Counted from the first letter of the stretch, positions 46,483-56,954 are shown. The stretch: 64,000 bases of DNA from Patescibacteria group bacterium (GCA_049322215.1 JBMORU010000001.1:194327-258326), one strand, 5' to 3'. Made by a program: numbers and translations. Notes: generated by a model not told the origin, from the sequence alone.

Positions 46483-48706
46483 AAATACTATGAAATTGTT
46501 TGGCAAGAAAAAACAACAAAATGCGAATACTGAAAATCAAACCCTAGCGCAAAATCAAGCAGGGGCTCAAAAAGTAAATGCAGCACCTCCAATAACAACA
46601 CCAGAAACAAGAGCAAAGAAAAACAAAAATAAAAACGAAGAAAAACCTGCCGAAATGTTGGCTAGAGGAATGGTTAATATCAAAGATATAGTAGCACCAC
46701 CTGCTATCGAGGTGGATTTTAACCATATAAAAATTGGGAATAACTTTTACAGAACATTATTTATTTCAGGATACCCTAGATTTGTAGGCGCAAACTGGTT
46801 ATCTCCAATAATTAATTTTGAACATACTTTAGACATTTCATTTTTTTACTATCCTGTGAAATCAAAAGGTGTTTTAGATGACTTAAGAAGAAAAATAACG
46901 GAAATGGAAGCTACAATGCATTCTGATGAAGATAGAGGTAAAATAGCCGACCCTGGTGTAAAAATAGCATTAGACGATGCAAAAACTTTACAGGAACAAC
47001 TAGTAAAAGGTGTTGAAAAATTTTTCCAGTTTTCCTTTTATATAACTATTAGAGCAAATTCCATGGAAGAATTGGAAAATGCTGCCAGTAAATTAGAATC
47101 AACATTGGGATCACTATTATTAATATCAAAATCAGCAACTTTACAAATGGAGGAAGCTTTTCAATCTACAGTACCTGTAGCCCTAGATAAACTATTAATA
47201 ACTAGAAACATGGATACAACTAGTTTAGCCACTACATTTCCTTTTACATCGTCAGATTTAACATCTGACGATGGAATAATGTACGGACTTAACAAGCACA
47301 ACGGTTCTTTAATTATTTTTGACAGATTCTCTCTTGAAAATGCAAATACAGTAGTATTTGCTAAATCCGGTTCAGGTAAATCGTATTTTGTGAAATTAGA
47401 AGCACTTCGTTTAATAGCATTTGGTGCAGAAATTATTATTATTGACCCCGAAGCAGAATATAAACCAATCGCTGAGGTTATTGGTGGAGATTTTATAAGT
47501 TTTTCTTCTACTTCACCGGATAGAATAAATCCATTTGACCTTTCAGGTATTGCTACAGAAGGGGAAAATGAATTAGGTCAAAAGATTTTATCTTTACACA
47601 CGCTATTTAAACTTGTACTAGGAGATTTAACACCCATTGAAGAAGCTATATTAGACAGAGCACTAATTGAAACATACAGAATAAAAGGAATTACAACAGA
47701 TCCAGATACACAAAGAACAAAAGAACCTCCTGTAATGGAAGATTTATACAAGGTACTTTTAGGTGCAGAAGAACCAGAAGCAAGAAGCATGTCAGAAAGG
47801 TTAGAAAAATATATTAGAGGCTCTCTAGCAGGAATTTTTGACCAACAATCTACATTAAGAATAGACAATAGAATGACTGTATTTTCTACACAAAATTTAG
47901 AAGATGCTTTAAGACCAATTGCTTTTTACATTATTTTAGACTTCGTTTGGACGAAAGTTAAAAAAAGCTTAAAGAAAAGAATTTTAATAGTAGAAGAGGC
48001 TTGGTACTTGTTACAAAACGAAGACAGCGCACGCTTTATTTATGGTATAGCAAAAAGAGCCAGAAAATATTACTTAGGTTTAACAACGATTACTCAAGAC
48101 GTAGATGACTTTTTAGCCTCAGATTATGGAAAAGTCATTGTTACAAATTCATCTATCCAAGTGCTTTTAAAACAGCACCCTGCAGGAATTGATAGACTAG
48201 CTGATACATTTTACCTATCTGAGGGAGAAAAGCGTTTACTGCTCGCTGCAGAACGCGGAGAAGGACTATTTTTCGCTGGAGCTAATCACGTAGCCATTAA
48301 AATCATGGCTTCCGAAGAGGAACACAACTTAATTACTACAAACCCTGAAGAAATTTTAAGAATGAAGGAACAACGAGAACAAGCTCAATTACAAGCGGCA
48401 CAACCACAACCAGGAAGTACAGATAAAAAGTATGAAAGATTTGAAAGATTAGACCCAAATAGATACACTACAAACCCAAATGATTCAACACGTCCTGCAC
48501 AAGCACCAAATCCTATGAGCAGCCCTATGCAACCTGGGCCTTTGCCAAATCAAAACCCAATAGTACAACCAACAATGCCTATGCAATCACCGCAACCCAC
48601 ACAAACTCCAACACCGCCACAAAACAACGCTGAAACAGTAAGTTTAAATACTGAAGACCCACAGGATAATACAGGAACAATTTCGCTTTCAAATAATCAA
48701 GTTTAA
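46472..48706 (+). CDS. VirB4/TraE-family type IV secretion ATPase with Gln/Pro-rich C-terminal tail
   Basis: Walker A VVFAKSGSGKS, IIIDPEAEYKP and Walker B-like RILIVEEAWYL segments typical of VirB4; N-domain YRTLFISGYPRFV; last about 110 aa low complexity (QAQLQAAQPQPGS...PQPTQTPTPP). Confidence 0.75.
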   Translation: MQNKNTMKLFGKKKQQNANTENQTLAQNQAGAQKVNAAPPITTPETRAKKNKNKNEEKPAEMLARGMVNIKDIVAPPAIEVDFNHIKIGNNFYRTLFISGYPRFVGANWLSPIINFEHTLDISFFYYPVKSKGVLDDLRRKITEMEATMHSDEDRGKIADPGVKIALDDAKTLQEQLVKGVEKFFQFSFYITIRANSMEELENAASKLESTLGSLLLISKSATLQMEEAFQSTVPVALDKLLITRNMDTTSLATTFPFTSSDLTSDDGIMYGLNKHNGSLIIFDRFSLENANTVVFAKSGSGKSYFVKLEALRLIAFGAEIIIIDPEAEYKPIAEVIGGDFISFSSTSPDRINPFDLSGIATEGENELGQKILSLHTLFKLVLGDLTPIEEAILDRALIETYRIKGITTDPDTQRTKEPPVMEDLYKVLLGAEEPEARSMSERLEKYIRGSLAGIFDQQSTLRIDNRMTVFSTQNLEDALRPIAFYIILDFVWTKVKKSLKKRILIVEEAWYLLQNEDSARFIYGIAKRARKYYLGLTTITQDVDDFLASDYGKVIVTNSSIQVLLKQHPAGIDRLADTFYLSEGEKRLLLAAERGEGLFFAGANHVAIKIMASEEEHNLITTNPEEILRMKEQREQAQLQAAQPQPGSTDKKYERFERLDPNRYTTNPNDSTRPAQAPNPMSSPMQPGPLPNQNPIVQPTMPMQSPQPTQTPTPPQNNAETVSLNTEDPQDNTGTISLSNNQV

Positions 48707-49812
48707 TCTTGAATTCTCATTGGCATAATAATATGTAAGTAATCATTTTCACTAGGCGAGGTTAAAACACCAGGGGCTAAGTTTCCATTTGATTTAAAAA
48801 TAATTTCAGTTACCTTTAAACTATTTAACAACTCTAATAAGTATTTGGCACTAAAAGCAGACTCTACGCGATCACCTTCAACTTTAGCTTCAAGTGAACT
48901 AACATTTTCACCGGATTCTTTTGAAACTGAACTTACTGTAATTGTTCCAGAAGGATCAAAAGCACAACGAATAACATTATCATCTTCTTTTGCAAAAATA
49001 TGTGCCAACTTAACTGCTTCAAGTAAAGCTGTAGAATCAAAAGAAGCTGTTAAAACACTTGAACTTGGAATAATTTTTTTATATTCAGGAAAATCACCAT
49101 CTAGTATTCTAGTAGCTAATAGAATATCTCCAGACTCGAAAAGAGCTAAATTATCATCGTTATTAATTATTAATTTCACAGGTTCTGTGGAAGAAGCAAA
49201 TATGCGAGATACTTCCAAAATTGTCTTTGCAGGTATTACAACAGAAAAGCTTACAGTATCGGATTTTAGAGGAATTGATTTTTCAGACAATCTAAAACCA
49301 TCTGTAGATGCAAAAGTTAATGTATCACCATCGTAAGATAGTAAAACTCCTGATAGTACGGGACGGGTGTCATCTATAGCAGATGAAAATACTACTTTCG
49401 ATACAGCAGATGAGAATAATGATGGTTCTAAGTCTAAAGTTTTATCACCATTTATAGTTGGTAAAGGCGGAAACTCTGTTGCAGATACACCATTAAACTT
49501 AGAAGAATTCTTACCTGCTTTAACATGTAACACGTCTTTTTTTAGTTCAATCTCTACTGTATCTGCAGATAAATTAGATATGAATTCTGAAAACATTTTC
49601 GCAGGAACAGTTATTGAACCTTCTGCTTCTATTGAAGCACCTACATATGTTGTAATAGCAGTTTCAAGATTATTAGTAGATAATTTTAAACGTCCATCCT
49701 CAGTAGTTAACAAAACATTAGAAAGTATAGGCAATGATGCTTTAGTAGGAACGCCTTTAGAAACAATAGCTAAACCACTGGCTAACTTTTCCCTTAAGCA
49801 GGTAAATTTCAT
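48703..49812 (-). CDS. dnaN: DNA polymerase III beta sliding clamp
   Basis: 369 aa; MKFTCLREKLASGLAIVSKGVPTKASLPILSNVLL opening and three-domain length typical of DnaN. Confidence 0.9.
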   Translation of the reverse strand: MKFTCLREKLASGLAIVSKGVPTKASLPILSNVLLTTEDGRLKLSTNNLETAITTYVGASIEAEGSITVPAKMFSEFISNLSADTVEIELKKDVLHVKAGKNSSKFNGVSATEFPPLPTINGDKTLDLEPSLFSSAVSKVVFSSAIDDTRPVLSGVLLSYDGDTLTFASTDGFRLSEKSIPLKSDTVSFSVVIPAKTILEVSRIFASSTEPVKLIINNDDNLALFESGDILLATRILDGDFPEYKKIIPSSSVLTASFDSTALLEAVKLAHIFAKEDDNVIRCAFDPSGTITVSSVSKESGENVSSLEAKVEGDRVESAFSAKYLLELLNSLKVTEIIFKSNGNLAPGVLTSPSENDYLHIIMPMRIQD

Positions 49813-49838
49813 AAGTTTGTAAATTCCAAATAAATAAT

Positions 49839-50333
49839 TTAGTTATCCTCTTCTTCTATTTGTTCTACAAAAGAGGCAGTTGGTCTTAAAATCACGCGTC
49901 TATTCAAACCTTCGCCACGGCTTTCAGATTCAATATCATCGTATTCGCTTACAAACATGTGTACTAAACGGCGTTCGAAAGCAGGCATTGTAGGTAAATG
50001 AACTTCATCACCAGAAAAGCGTGTGCGATCAATATAGTTTTTCACCATCTCTTGCAGCTTTTCTTCACGTAAACTTCTATAACCATTTATATCTACAGTT
50101 ATAGGATACCATTCTTCAAACTCATTGTTTAAAATTAAACCCAATAATGTTTGTAACGCATTTAAAGAATTACCATGATACCCGATTAAAAAGTTTAAAT
50201 CCTTACCCTCAATCAAAACAGAATAGTTAAATTCATCATCAAGTTGCTCTTCAGTAACAGTTATGTCTGGAGAAATGCCCATTAAATTTAATAACTCTTG
50301 TACTTTATTTTTTATTAATTCTGGTCTATCCAT
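49839..50333 (-). CDS. jag: Jag/KhpB RNA-binding protein (KH plus R3H)
   Basis: KH-like GKDLNFLIGYHGNSLNALQ and R3H-like RRLVHMFVSEYDD...GEGLNRRVIL; located after yidC as in the canonical cluster. Confidence 0.8.
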   Translation of the reverse strand: MDRPELIKNKVQELLNLMGISPDITVTEEQLDDEFNYSVLIEGKDLNFLIGYHGNSLNALQTLLGLILNNEFEEWYPITVDINGYRSLREEKLQEMVKNYIDRTRFSGDEVHLPTMPAFERRLVHMFVSEYDDIESESRGEGLNRRVILRPTASFVEQIEEEDN

Positions 50334-50377
50334 AATTTCCTAAAAATTTCTTAAAAACTAACTAAATTACACAAATC

Positions 50378-51196
50378 TTATTTTTTCTTTTTTGCAGGTT
50401 TTGATACCTTAACAGGGGCAGATTTAACACCAATTTTTTCTAACCATGGAGTTAAACCACCAAATCCAGATACATAGTACTGCTGAAACACTGAGAAAAT
50501 GGTAGTTGTCAAAATATAAAGAGTAACTCCTGCAGGCAATCTAACACCAATTAACACAGTCATCAAGGGCATTAAATACAACATTTGACTTTGCATATTG
50601 TAAGCAAAGTCATCAGCTTTACCGGGAGTACGCTCTGCTGCTTTTTGTCCTACTTCGGTATATGGTTGCGTCATTTTAGATACTATTAGCTGAAAAAGAC
50701 CCGCAAGTATAGCTAAAACAAATAAAGGGTCAGGTTCCCCCAATTTTAACCAAAGAAAATTGCTGTGTATGTTTTCTAATGCAGTAAATTTTAGAGATTC
50801 AAAATATATTAAGCTATTTATTTCAGACAAAGAGGTAGCCCTTGTAAGCGTATTTATAACGTTAAATAAAGCAAATAATACTATAAGTATGGGAATTTGA
50901 GTTACACACCCTGATGCAGGATTTATACCATGTTCTTTAAATAATTCCATTTGCATTTCAGCTTGCTTTTTCTTATCGTGACGAAACTTCTTTTTAATTT
51001 TTTCTAATTCTGGTTGAAGATCACGCTGTTTTTTTGCACTTTTTAAACTATTTAACATTAGTGGCAATAGCGCAGATCTGATTGTAAGGGTCAATAAAAT
51101 AATAGCTAAACCTAAACTTCCTGCAAGGCTATCAAAAAATACTAAAACATTAAACAGGGGATTCACTAACAATGTATTCCAAATTGTACTTAACAT
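50378..51196 (-). CDS. yidC: membrane protein insertase YidC (short Gram-positive/Oxa1 type)
   Basis: 272 aa, 5 TM; conserved TIRSALLPLMLNSLKSAKKQRDLQPELEKIKKKF segment; C-terminal KKKK tail. Confidence 0.85.
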   Translation of the reverse strand: MLSTIWNTLLVNPLFNVLVFFDSLAGSLGLAIILLTLTIRSALLPLMLNSLKSAKKQRDLQPELEKIKKKFRHDKKKQAEMQMELFKEHGINPASGCVTQIPILIVLFALFNVINTLTRATSLSEINSLIYFESLKFTALENIHSNFLWLKLGEPDPLFVLAILAGLFQLIVSKMTQPYTEVGQKAAERTPGKADDFAYNMQSQMLYLMPLMTVLIGVRLPAGVTLYILTTTIFSVFQQYYVSGFGGLTPWLEKIGVKSAPVKVSKPAKKKK

Positions 51197-51197
51197 A

Positions 51198-51428
51198 TTA
51201 TTTTTGATCAGCTAAAGGCACTGGATCATAACCTCCTTTACCAAACGGGTTGCATCGCAAAACACGATAAATTCCCAATAAACTACCTTTTAATACACCA
51301 TGAATGCTTATAGCCTCGTATGCATATTTGGAACAACTAGGTTCAAAACGGCATACTTTTAACCCATACCTACCAGGAGAAAGGTACGTTTTGTAAAGCC
51401 TTAACATACTCAGAAGAAATTTCTTCAT
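51198..51428 (-). CDS. yidD: membrane protein insertion efficiency factor YidD
   Basis: YKTYLSPGRYGLKVCRFEPSCSKYAYEAI matches the YidD/haemolytic-domain signature; overlaps rnpA 3' end. Confidence 0.8.
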   Translation of the reverse strand: MKKFLLSMLRLYKTYLSPGRYGLKVCRFEPSCSKYAYEAISIHGVLKGSLLGIYRVLRCNPFGKGGYDPVPLADQK

Positions 51429-51735
51429 AGCCTTTTTCTATAGATTCCTTCCTTGGGTATATAACCACCCAATAGCCACTTTTTATTCTATCAAAATTAT
51501 TTCTAATTGCTTCTCTAAAAAGTCTTTTTACTCTATTTCTTGTAGGAGCTACTTTGCTAAATTTGTTTGATACTACAATGCCAAAACGAGTTGCGTTGTC
51601 TTCTTCAAGCAAACGTAAATAATACATATCAAAAAGTGGGTTAGAAAATTTCACACCCTTTCTGCGCGTTTTATTGAATTCGTAATTAGTGAGAAGACGA
51701 TGTGGCTTTTCTAGCATTATAAAAATTGTACACAA
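51370..51735 (-). CDS. rnpA: ribonuclease P protein component
   Basis: 121 aa basic protein with RNR-like motif (APTRNRVKRLFREAIR) directly downstream of rpmH. Confidence 0.8.
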   Translation of the reverse strand: MCTIFIMLEKPHRLLTNYEFNKTRRKGVKFSNPLFDMYYLRLLEEDNATRFGIVVSNKFSKVAPTRNRVKRLFREAIRNNFDRIKSGYWVVIYPRKESIEKGYEEISSEYVKALQNVPFSW

Positions 51736-51769
51736 AAGAGACTAAAAGCATTTCTCAATGATTTTAGTT

Positions 51770-51921
51770 TCATTTAGTTTTTTTAAGGCGAGCTAACACT
51801 TTACGACCTTTACTCATTCTTCTTTTAAGCACACGTCTACCAGCTTTTGTAGACATTCTCTTCATAAACCCGTGCTTCCTCACTCTTTTTCTTTTTTTAG
51901 GTTGGTATGTTCTTTTTGGCA
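51770..51921 (-). CDS. rpmH: 50S ribosomal protein L34
   Basis: [50 protein letters not shown]; listed ORF trimmed to this Met. Confidence 0.85.
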
Positions 51922-52076
51922 TAACACTGGGAATTTTAGAGGAAAAGGCTGATATAGTCAAATAAACACGTAACAAATGAAACAACAAGCAACATTGCTT
52001 AATTATTGTGGATAACTTAGGTAAAGTTATACACAATATTACCCACTGTCCAATAAAGTAATTACTTTTAAAAACC
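51922..52076. promoter_or_regulatory. rpmH-dnaA intergenic region with DnaA boxes (oriC-associated / dnaA promoter region)
   Basis: Perfect TGTGGATAA at 52007-52015; TTATACACA (1 mismatch) at 52027-52035. Confidence 0.5.
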
Positions 52077-53459
52077 ATGCCTAATACATTAAATGAAAAA
52101 AAATTATGGGATGCAGTACTAGCAGAGTTGCAATTGACTCTGTCTGAACTAAACTACCAAACCTGGGTAGCTAACACCAAAGCAAGAAATTTAACTAACT
52201 CATCTGTAGAAGTTATTTGTCCATCACCTTTTGTTAAAGACAGATTACAAAAAAGTTTATTTTCCTTAATACAAAACAGCGTAAATAAAATAGGAAAAGG
52301 TGAATACGAAATATTTTTTAAAGTTGGAGATACACAGGATAAAAAAGAAACTAGCTTAAATATAGGTCCGCTTTTTGAAACCAGTGCTACTAACGACACA
52401 AATGCAAAATCTGCAGGATTATCTCCAAAATTCACATTTGATAACTACGTAATGGGCTCTAACAATAGACTTGCCTTTGCCATAGCCACAGCTGTGGCCG
52501 AAAACCCCGGAAAAGCATACAATCCTTTTTTCATATATTCTGGAGTTGGTTTAGGAAAAACACACTTAATGCAGGCAATTGGTAATAAAATTTTGCAAGA
52601 TAATCCAAAATCTAAAGTTATTTACGCAACAGGAGAAGCTTTTATGAATGAAATGATAGAGGCAATTCAAAGTGGCAGAGGTAAAGGTAGATACAACACA
52701 AACCAATTTAGAAACAAGTATAGAAATGCCGATGTATTGCTAATTGATGATGTTCAATTTATTGCAGGAAAAGAAACCACACAAGAAGAATTCTTCCACA
52801 CATTTAATACTTTATATTTAGCTCAAAAGCAAATAGTCTTAACGTCTGATAGACCTCCAAAAGACTTCACAGATTTAGAAGACAGAATTACTTCAAGATT
52901 TAGTAGCGGAATAATTGCAGATATTCAAACTCCCGACATAGATACTAGAATCGCAATTCTCAGAAAAAAACGCACAGACACACATGACAGCATTAATGAT
53001 GACACAATAAACTTTATTGCAGAAAAAATAAATACAAATATAAGGGAGCTTGAAGGTGCTTACCTACAAGTATTAACTTATGCAAAAGCTATTGGAGAAA
53101 GCCCCGAAATACAAATTGCAGCAGAGGCTTTAGGACAATCTATTAAGGAAGAAAAAAGAAAACCAATTAATATTAACCAAATAATTAAAACAGTATGCAA
53201 CTATTATTCTATTAGGCTTACAGACATTAAAGGTAAAAGACGAACAAAAAATATAGTACTTCCTAGACAAGTAGCTATGTACTTAATACATAACATGACC
53301 GAAACTCCATATATGAGTATTGGAGAAATTTTAGGAGGAAGAGACCATACAACAATTATGCATGGAGTTAGAAAGGTAGAAGAAGAAGTTGAGTTTGAAG
53401 GTAAACTAAAACAAGATATAAACAATATTAAACATGCATTGTTGATAGCAGACAAATAA
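52077..53459 (+). CDS. dnaA: chromosomal replication initiator DnaA
   Basis: Walker [16 protein letters not shown], Walker [26 protein letters not shown]-terminal DNA-binding domain ([13 protein letters not shown]). Confidence 0.9.
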   Translation: MPNTLNEKKLWDAVLAELQLTLSELNYQTWVANTKARNLTNSSVEVICPSPFVKDRLQKSLFSLIQNSVNKIGKGEYEIFFKVGDTQDKKETSLNIGPLFETSATNDTNAKSAGLSPKFTFDNYVMGSNNRLAFAIATAVAENPGKAYNPFFIYSGVGLGKTHLMQAIGNKILQDNPKSKVIYATGEAFMNEMIEAIQSGRGKGRYNTNQFRNKYRNADVLLIDDVQFIAGKETTQEEFFHTFNTLYLAQKQIVLTSDRPPKDFTDLEDRITSRFSSGIIADIQTPDIDTRIAILRKKRTDTHDSINDDTINFIAEKINTNIRELEGAYLQVLTYAKAIGESPEIQIAAEALGQSIKEEKRKPININQIIKTVCNYYSIRLTDIKGKRRTKNIVLPRQVAMYLIHNMTETPYMSIGEILGGRDHTTIMHGVRKVEEEVEFEGKLKQDINNIKHALLIADK

Positions 53460-53773
53460 TGTGGATACAAATATGTTTTCTATAGGGTCTGTGGAAAAAT
53501 AGCTATATTTATACACATGCTTTTGCACAAATGCCAGATAATTATCAACAATGAAATTTGTTATCACAAAAAGGTTTTTGCATAAGCAAACTTTCAAATA
53601 AGGTGCAGGTAAGAGCAAATCGAATTATAAACAAAAGCGACACTAGTAAAAAATGTTAATGACAAGTAATTATTAAGTAATACACATATCAACAATTACT
53701 ACTATTAACTATTAATTTGAAAATAACTTAAAATATTAATTGAACTAGTATGTGGATAACAAAATCATAAATT
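53460..53773. promoter_or_regulatory. AT-rich dnaA-downstream intergenic region with DnaA boxes (candidate oriC with unwinding element)
   Basis: TGTGGATAC 53460-53468; TTATCAACA 53542-53550; TTATCACAA 53561-53569; perfect TGTGGATAA 53751-53759; extended A+T tract 53640-53750. Confidence 0.5.
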
Positions 53774-54925
53774 ATGAGATTTTATATTGCATTATATGCA
53801 GCAAAAATAACAAACTTTTGTATAAATTTTTTCAATCTTGGTGCTGGGTATACTTGGCCAGGTCATGTAGCTTTAAAAATTTATCCAAAAATATTGCAAA
53901 ATCCAAGAATTCAATTTTCTAATGGAATAGTTTTAGTTACTGGTACCAATGGAAAAACTACTACATCAAAATTAATTAGAAGTATTTTAGCAAGAGCTAA
54001 AGTAACCTTTACTCATAATCTGACTGGCGCTAATTTACTTAATGGTATTGTTTCTGCAACTTTGTTGAATATGAGTTTAACAGGAAAACAACAAGCTAAA
54101 TTAGGTTTGTTTGAAGTTGATGAATTTACGCTTCCTGTTGTTTTAAATCAATTACATCCCTCTATTTTAGTACTATTAAACTTATCTAGAGATCAGTTAG
54201 ATAGATATGGCGAGGTTGATATTATTATTCAGCGTTGGGAAAAGGCCTTACAGAAATTAAATTCTACTACTCAAGTTGTATATGATGAGAATCAACCTCA
54301 TATAGAAACTCTTGTAAAGGTTTCAAACCTAAATGCGCACAGTTTTAATTCGAATGAAACTAATTTAAGCTATACTCATCTTTATGGTTCTTTTAATGCA
54401 AGAAACGCAAACGCTGCGTTTATAGCCGCTTCTCTTTTAAAAATAAATGAACAAGATATTATTGATGGCTTAAAATCCTTTAGGCCTGCCTATGGTAGGG
54501 GTGAAGTTTTAAGTAAAAATCATACAGATTTTCAAATATTTTTGGCAAAAAACCCTGCAAGCTTTAATAGTAATTTAGATATGCTTTTACAAGGTAAACT
54601 GGCTTTTGATTCTATTTTATATGTTTTAAATGATGAAGTTCGTGACGGACGTGATGTTTCCTGGATATATGATATAAATCCAAACAAATTAAAAAAATGT
54701 TCTGCTGACGTTAGTGTTTTTGTTGCAGGTACCCGTGCGTTAGATATGGCGGTTCGCTTAAAGTATGCAGGGGTGAATGTTCCTTCATCAAATATTTTTG
54801 ATAGTTTAACTAATGCTGTGTCTTTGCTTTCTTCTAACGAAGCGTTAAGTAAAATAATTTGTTTTCCAAATTATTCAGCTATGTTGTCTTTACGTAAAGA
54901 ATTAAAAGGGCGCGAAATATTATGA
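53774..54925 (+). CDS. murT: lipid II isoglutamine synthetase subunit MurT (Mur-ligase-domain protein)
   Basis: ALKIYPKIL...VLVTGTNGKTTTSKLI (Mur-ligase P-loop); followed with 4-nt overlap by a GatD-like gene. Confidence 0.75.
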   Translation: MRFYIALYAAKITNFCINFFNLGAGYTWPGHVALKIYPKILQNPRIQFSNGIVLVTGTNGKTTTSKLIRSILARAKVTFTHNLTGANLLNGIVSATLLNMSLTGKQQAKLGLFEVDEFTLPVVLNQLHPSILVLLNLSRDQLDRYGEVDIIIQRWEKALQKLNSTTQVVYDENQPHIETLVKVSNLNAHSFNSNETNLSYTHLYGSFNARNANAAFIAASLLKINEQDIIDGLKSFRPAYGRGEVLSKNHTDFQIFLAKNPASFNSNLDMLLQGKLAFDSILYVLNDEVRDGRDVSWIYDINPNKLKKCSADVSVFVAGTRALDMAVRLKYAGVNVPSSNIFDSLTNAVSLLSSNEALSKIICFPNYSAMLSLRKELKGREIL

Positions 54926-55689
54926 ATTTAAAAATAGGTTATTTTTATCCTGACTTACTGAATTTATACGGTGACAACGGGAATGTTGAAATTTTGGCTT
55001 TTAGAGCAAATGCTCGAAATATTAATGTTTCTATAGAACATATAACTTTAAACACTACACTTACATTAAATACTATGCAGTCACTAGACCTTATTTTTAT
55101 GGGAGGTGGCCCTGATGCTAAGCAAAAAGCTTTATTTGAAGATTTACTAAAAATAAAAGGCTCTTACTTGCTAGATTACTTAAACAATGGAGGTGTAGGC
55201 TTGTTTATATGTGGATCTTATCAGTTATTGGGTCATTATTATAAAACTGCCCTGGGAGAAGAGCTCCCTGGTCTTGGTTATTTTGACTTGTATACGCAGC
55301 ATTTTGGAAATGACAAGCCTCGTTGCATAGGTAATGTGATTTGCGAATTAAATGAAGCTTTAGTCGATGATACGTATTTTAATAAATCATCCTCTTTTGG
55401 AGACACGTTAGTTGGCTTTGAAAATCATGGGGGACGTACTTACTTGGGGATTGCAGAAAAACCTTTGGCGACAATAAAAATTGGGCATGGAAACAATGCT
55501 GAGGATTTTACCGAAGGTGCTTATAGAAAAAATGCTTTTGGTACCTATTTACATGGCCCTGTACTATCAAAAAATCCCCAGTTTGCAGATTACCTAATTG
55601 CTAAAAGCCTAAAGATTGCTAATCTTAGTTCACTTAATGATGTTTTAATAGCTAAAGCACATACTGCCTCAAAGAAACTAAATCAATGA
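54922..55689 (+). CDS. gatD: lipid II isoglutamine synthetase glutaminase subunit GatD (CobB/CobQ-like)
   Basis: IFMGGGPD and LFICGSYQLLGHYY (nucleophile Cys) and later H; 255 aa; paired with murT. Confidence 0.75.
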   Translation: MNLKIGYFYPDLLNLYGDNGNVEILAFRANARNINVSIEHITLNTTLTLNTMQSLDLIFMGGGPDAKQKALFEDLLKIKGSYLLDYLNNGGVGLFICGSYQLLGHYYKTALGEELPGLGYFDLYTQHFGNDKPRCIGNVICELNEALVDDTYFNKSSSFGDTLVGFENHGGRTYLGIAEKPLATIKIGHGNNAEDFTEGAYRKNAFGTYLHGPVLSKNPQFADYLIAKSLKIANLSSLNDVLIAKAHTASKKLNQ

Positions 55690-56954
55690 CGTTTGAAAAA
55701 CTGCATAAGAAAATATTTTATCTAATAATTTTGTTTCTTCCTGTAAACATGGGCTATCACTTTAGTTCTATAAATTCATATGTAGAAGGTTACTTGGTTG
55801 ATTACTTAATTCCCACCCTATTTTTACTTGATTTATTAATTTTACTTTTAATCTTCACTTGGATGTTATCTATAAGATTTAAAGTAAAAAGCTTAGGGAA
55901 CATTTTTTTAGTTAAAGAACCCCTTATTTATTTTTTTGTTGCTGCCCTTTTGTCGACCTTACTTTCGATACGTTTTTCGGTTTCATATCATTACTTTTTG
56001 CGTTTGTGTTTATACCTCTTATTTTTTGTTTATACACAATTTAACTTTAATCAAAAAAAAGATTTTCCAGTGCTTATGCGCATTTTAAGCTTGAGCCTAA
56101 TGCTTTTAACTTTTTTGGGGTTTTTGCAGTGGGTTAATCAATCTTCATTATTTAACAATTATTTGTTTTTTGGTGAGCAGCCCTACAATGCCAATACTAA
56201 AGGCGTCGTTACCGACAATATTTTTGGTCGTGTAAAAATTCCCCCATATGGGTTATTTAGGCATCCAAATGTATTTGGCGGCTTTTTATCTGTAATAATA
56301 GTGTGGCTTATTTACTATTGGTATAAAGTACCTAAATTAATGTTTTTATTTATAGCTAGTATTTTTGTATTAGTTTTAACCTTAAGTCAAATGGCTTGGA
56401 TATCCTTTATTGTAGGCTTGTTGCTTTTAATATTATTCACAACACGTTTCAAATATATGAATAGCTTTTATAAAATACTTGTCTTTTTAATTTTAGTAGC
56501 AGGTTTGTTAGTACCGTTAGTTTCTCAAAATAAACTAGTTTCTAGTTATTCCTCTTTATATAGACGAGTTGATTTAGCAAGAGGGAGTTTAGAAATAGTT
56601 AAGCAATACCCTTTGTTTGGAAGTGGTCTAAACACTAATACCACTTTAATTGAAAAATATATTTATAAAGTTGAATCTGTAAGGTTCCCTCAACCTGTGC
56701 ACAATGTTTTTCTATTATTAATCTCTGAGGCAGGTGTTATTGCTTTAGTGAGTTTTTTATTTATGTTTGTAAGAACGTTACACCACTTGCTTAATAGAAA
56801 AGATAATTTTGCTAAATTAATGTTGGTTTCTCTTGCCCAATTCATTATTCTTGGAAGTTTTGATCATTATATTTTCACAATTTTACAAACCCAGGTTTTA
56901 TTTTGGTTGACGCTGGGAATGAGCCTAGCATATAATGACGTAGATGAGACATAG
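55686..56954 (+). CDS. O-antigen ligase/Wzy_C-like polytopic membrane protein
   Basis: About 11 TM; VHNVFLLLISEAGVIALVSFLFMF resembles the Wzy_C H-N...E-G motif. Confidence 0.5.
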   Translation: MTFEKLHKKIFYLIILFLPVNMGYHFSSINSYVEGYLVDYLIPTLFLLDLLILLLIFTWMLSIRFKVKSLGNIFLVKEPLIYFFVAALLSTLLSIRFSVSYHYFLRLCLYLLFFVYTQFNFNQKKDFPVLMRILSLSLMLLTFLGFLQWVNQSSLFNNYLFFGEQPYNANTKGVVTDNIFGRVKIPPYGLFRHPNVFGGFLSVIIVWLIYYWYKVPKLMFLFIASIFVLVLTLSQMAWISFIVGLLLLILFTTRFKYMNSFYKILVFLILVAGLLVPLVSQNKLVSSYSSLYRRVDLARGSLEIVKQYPLFGSGLNTNTTLIEKYIYKVESVRFPQPVHNVFLLLISEAGVIALVSFLFMFVRTLHHLLNRKDNFAKLMLVSLAQFIILGSFDHYIFTILQTQVLFWLTLGMSLAYNDVDET

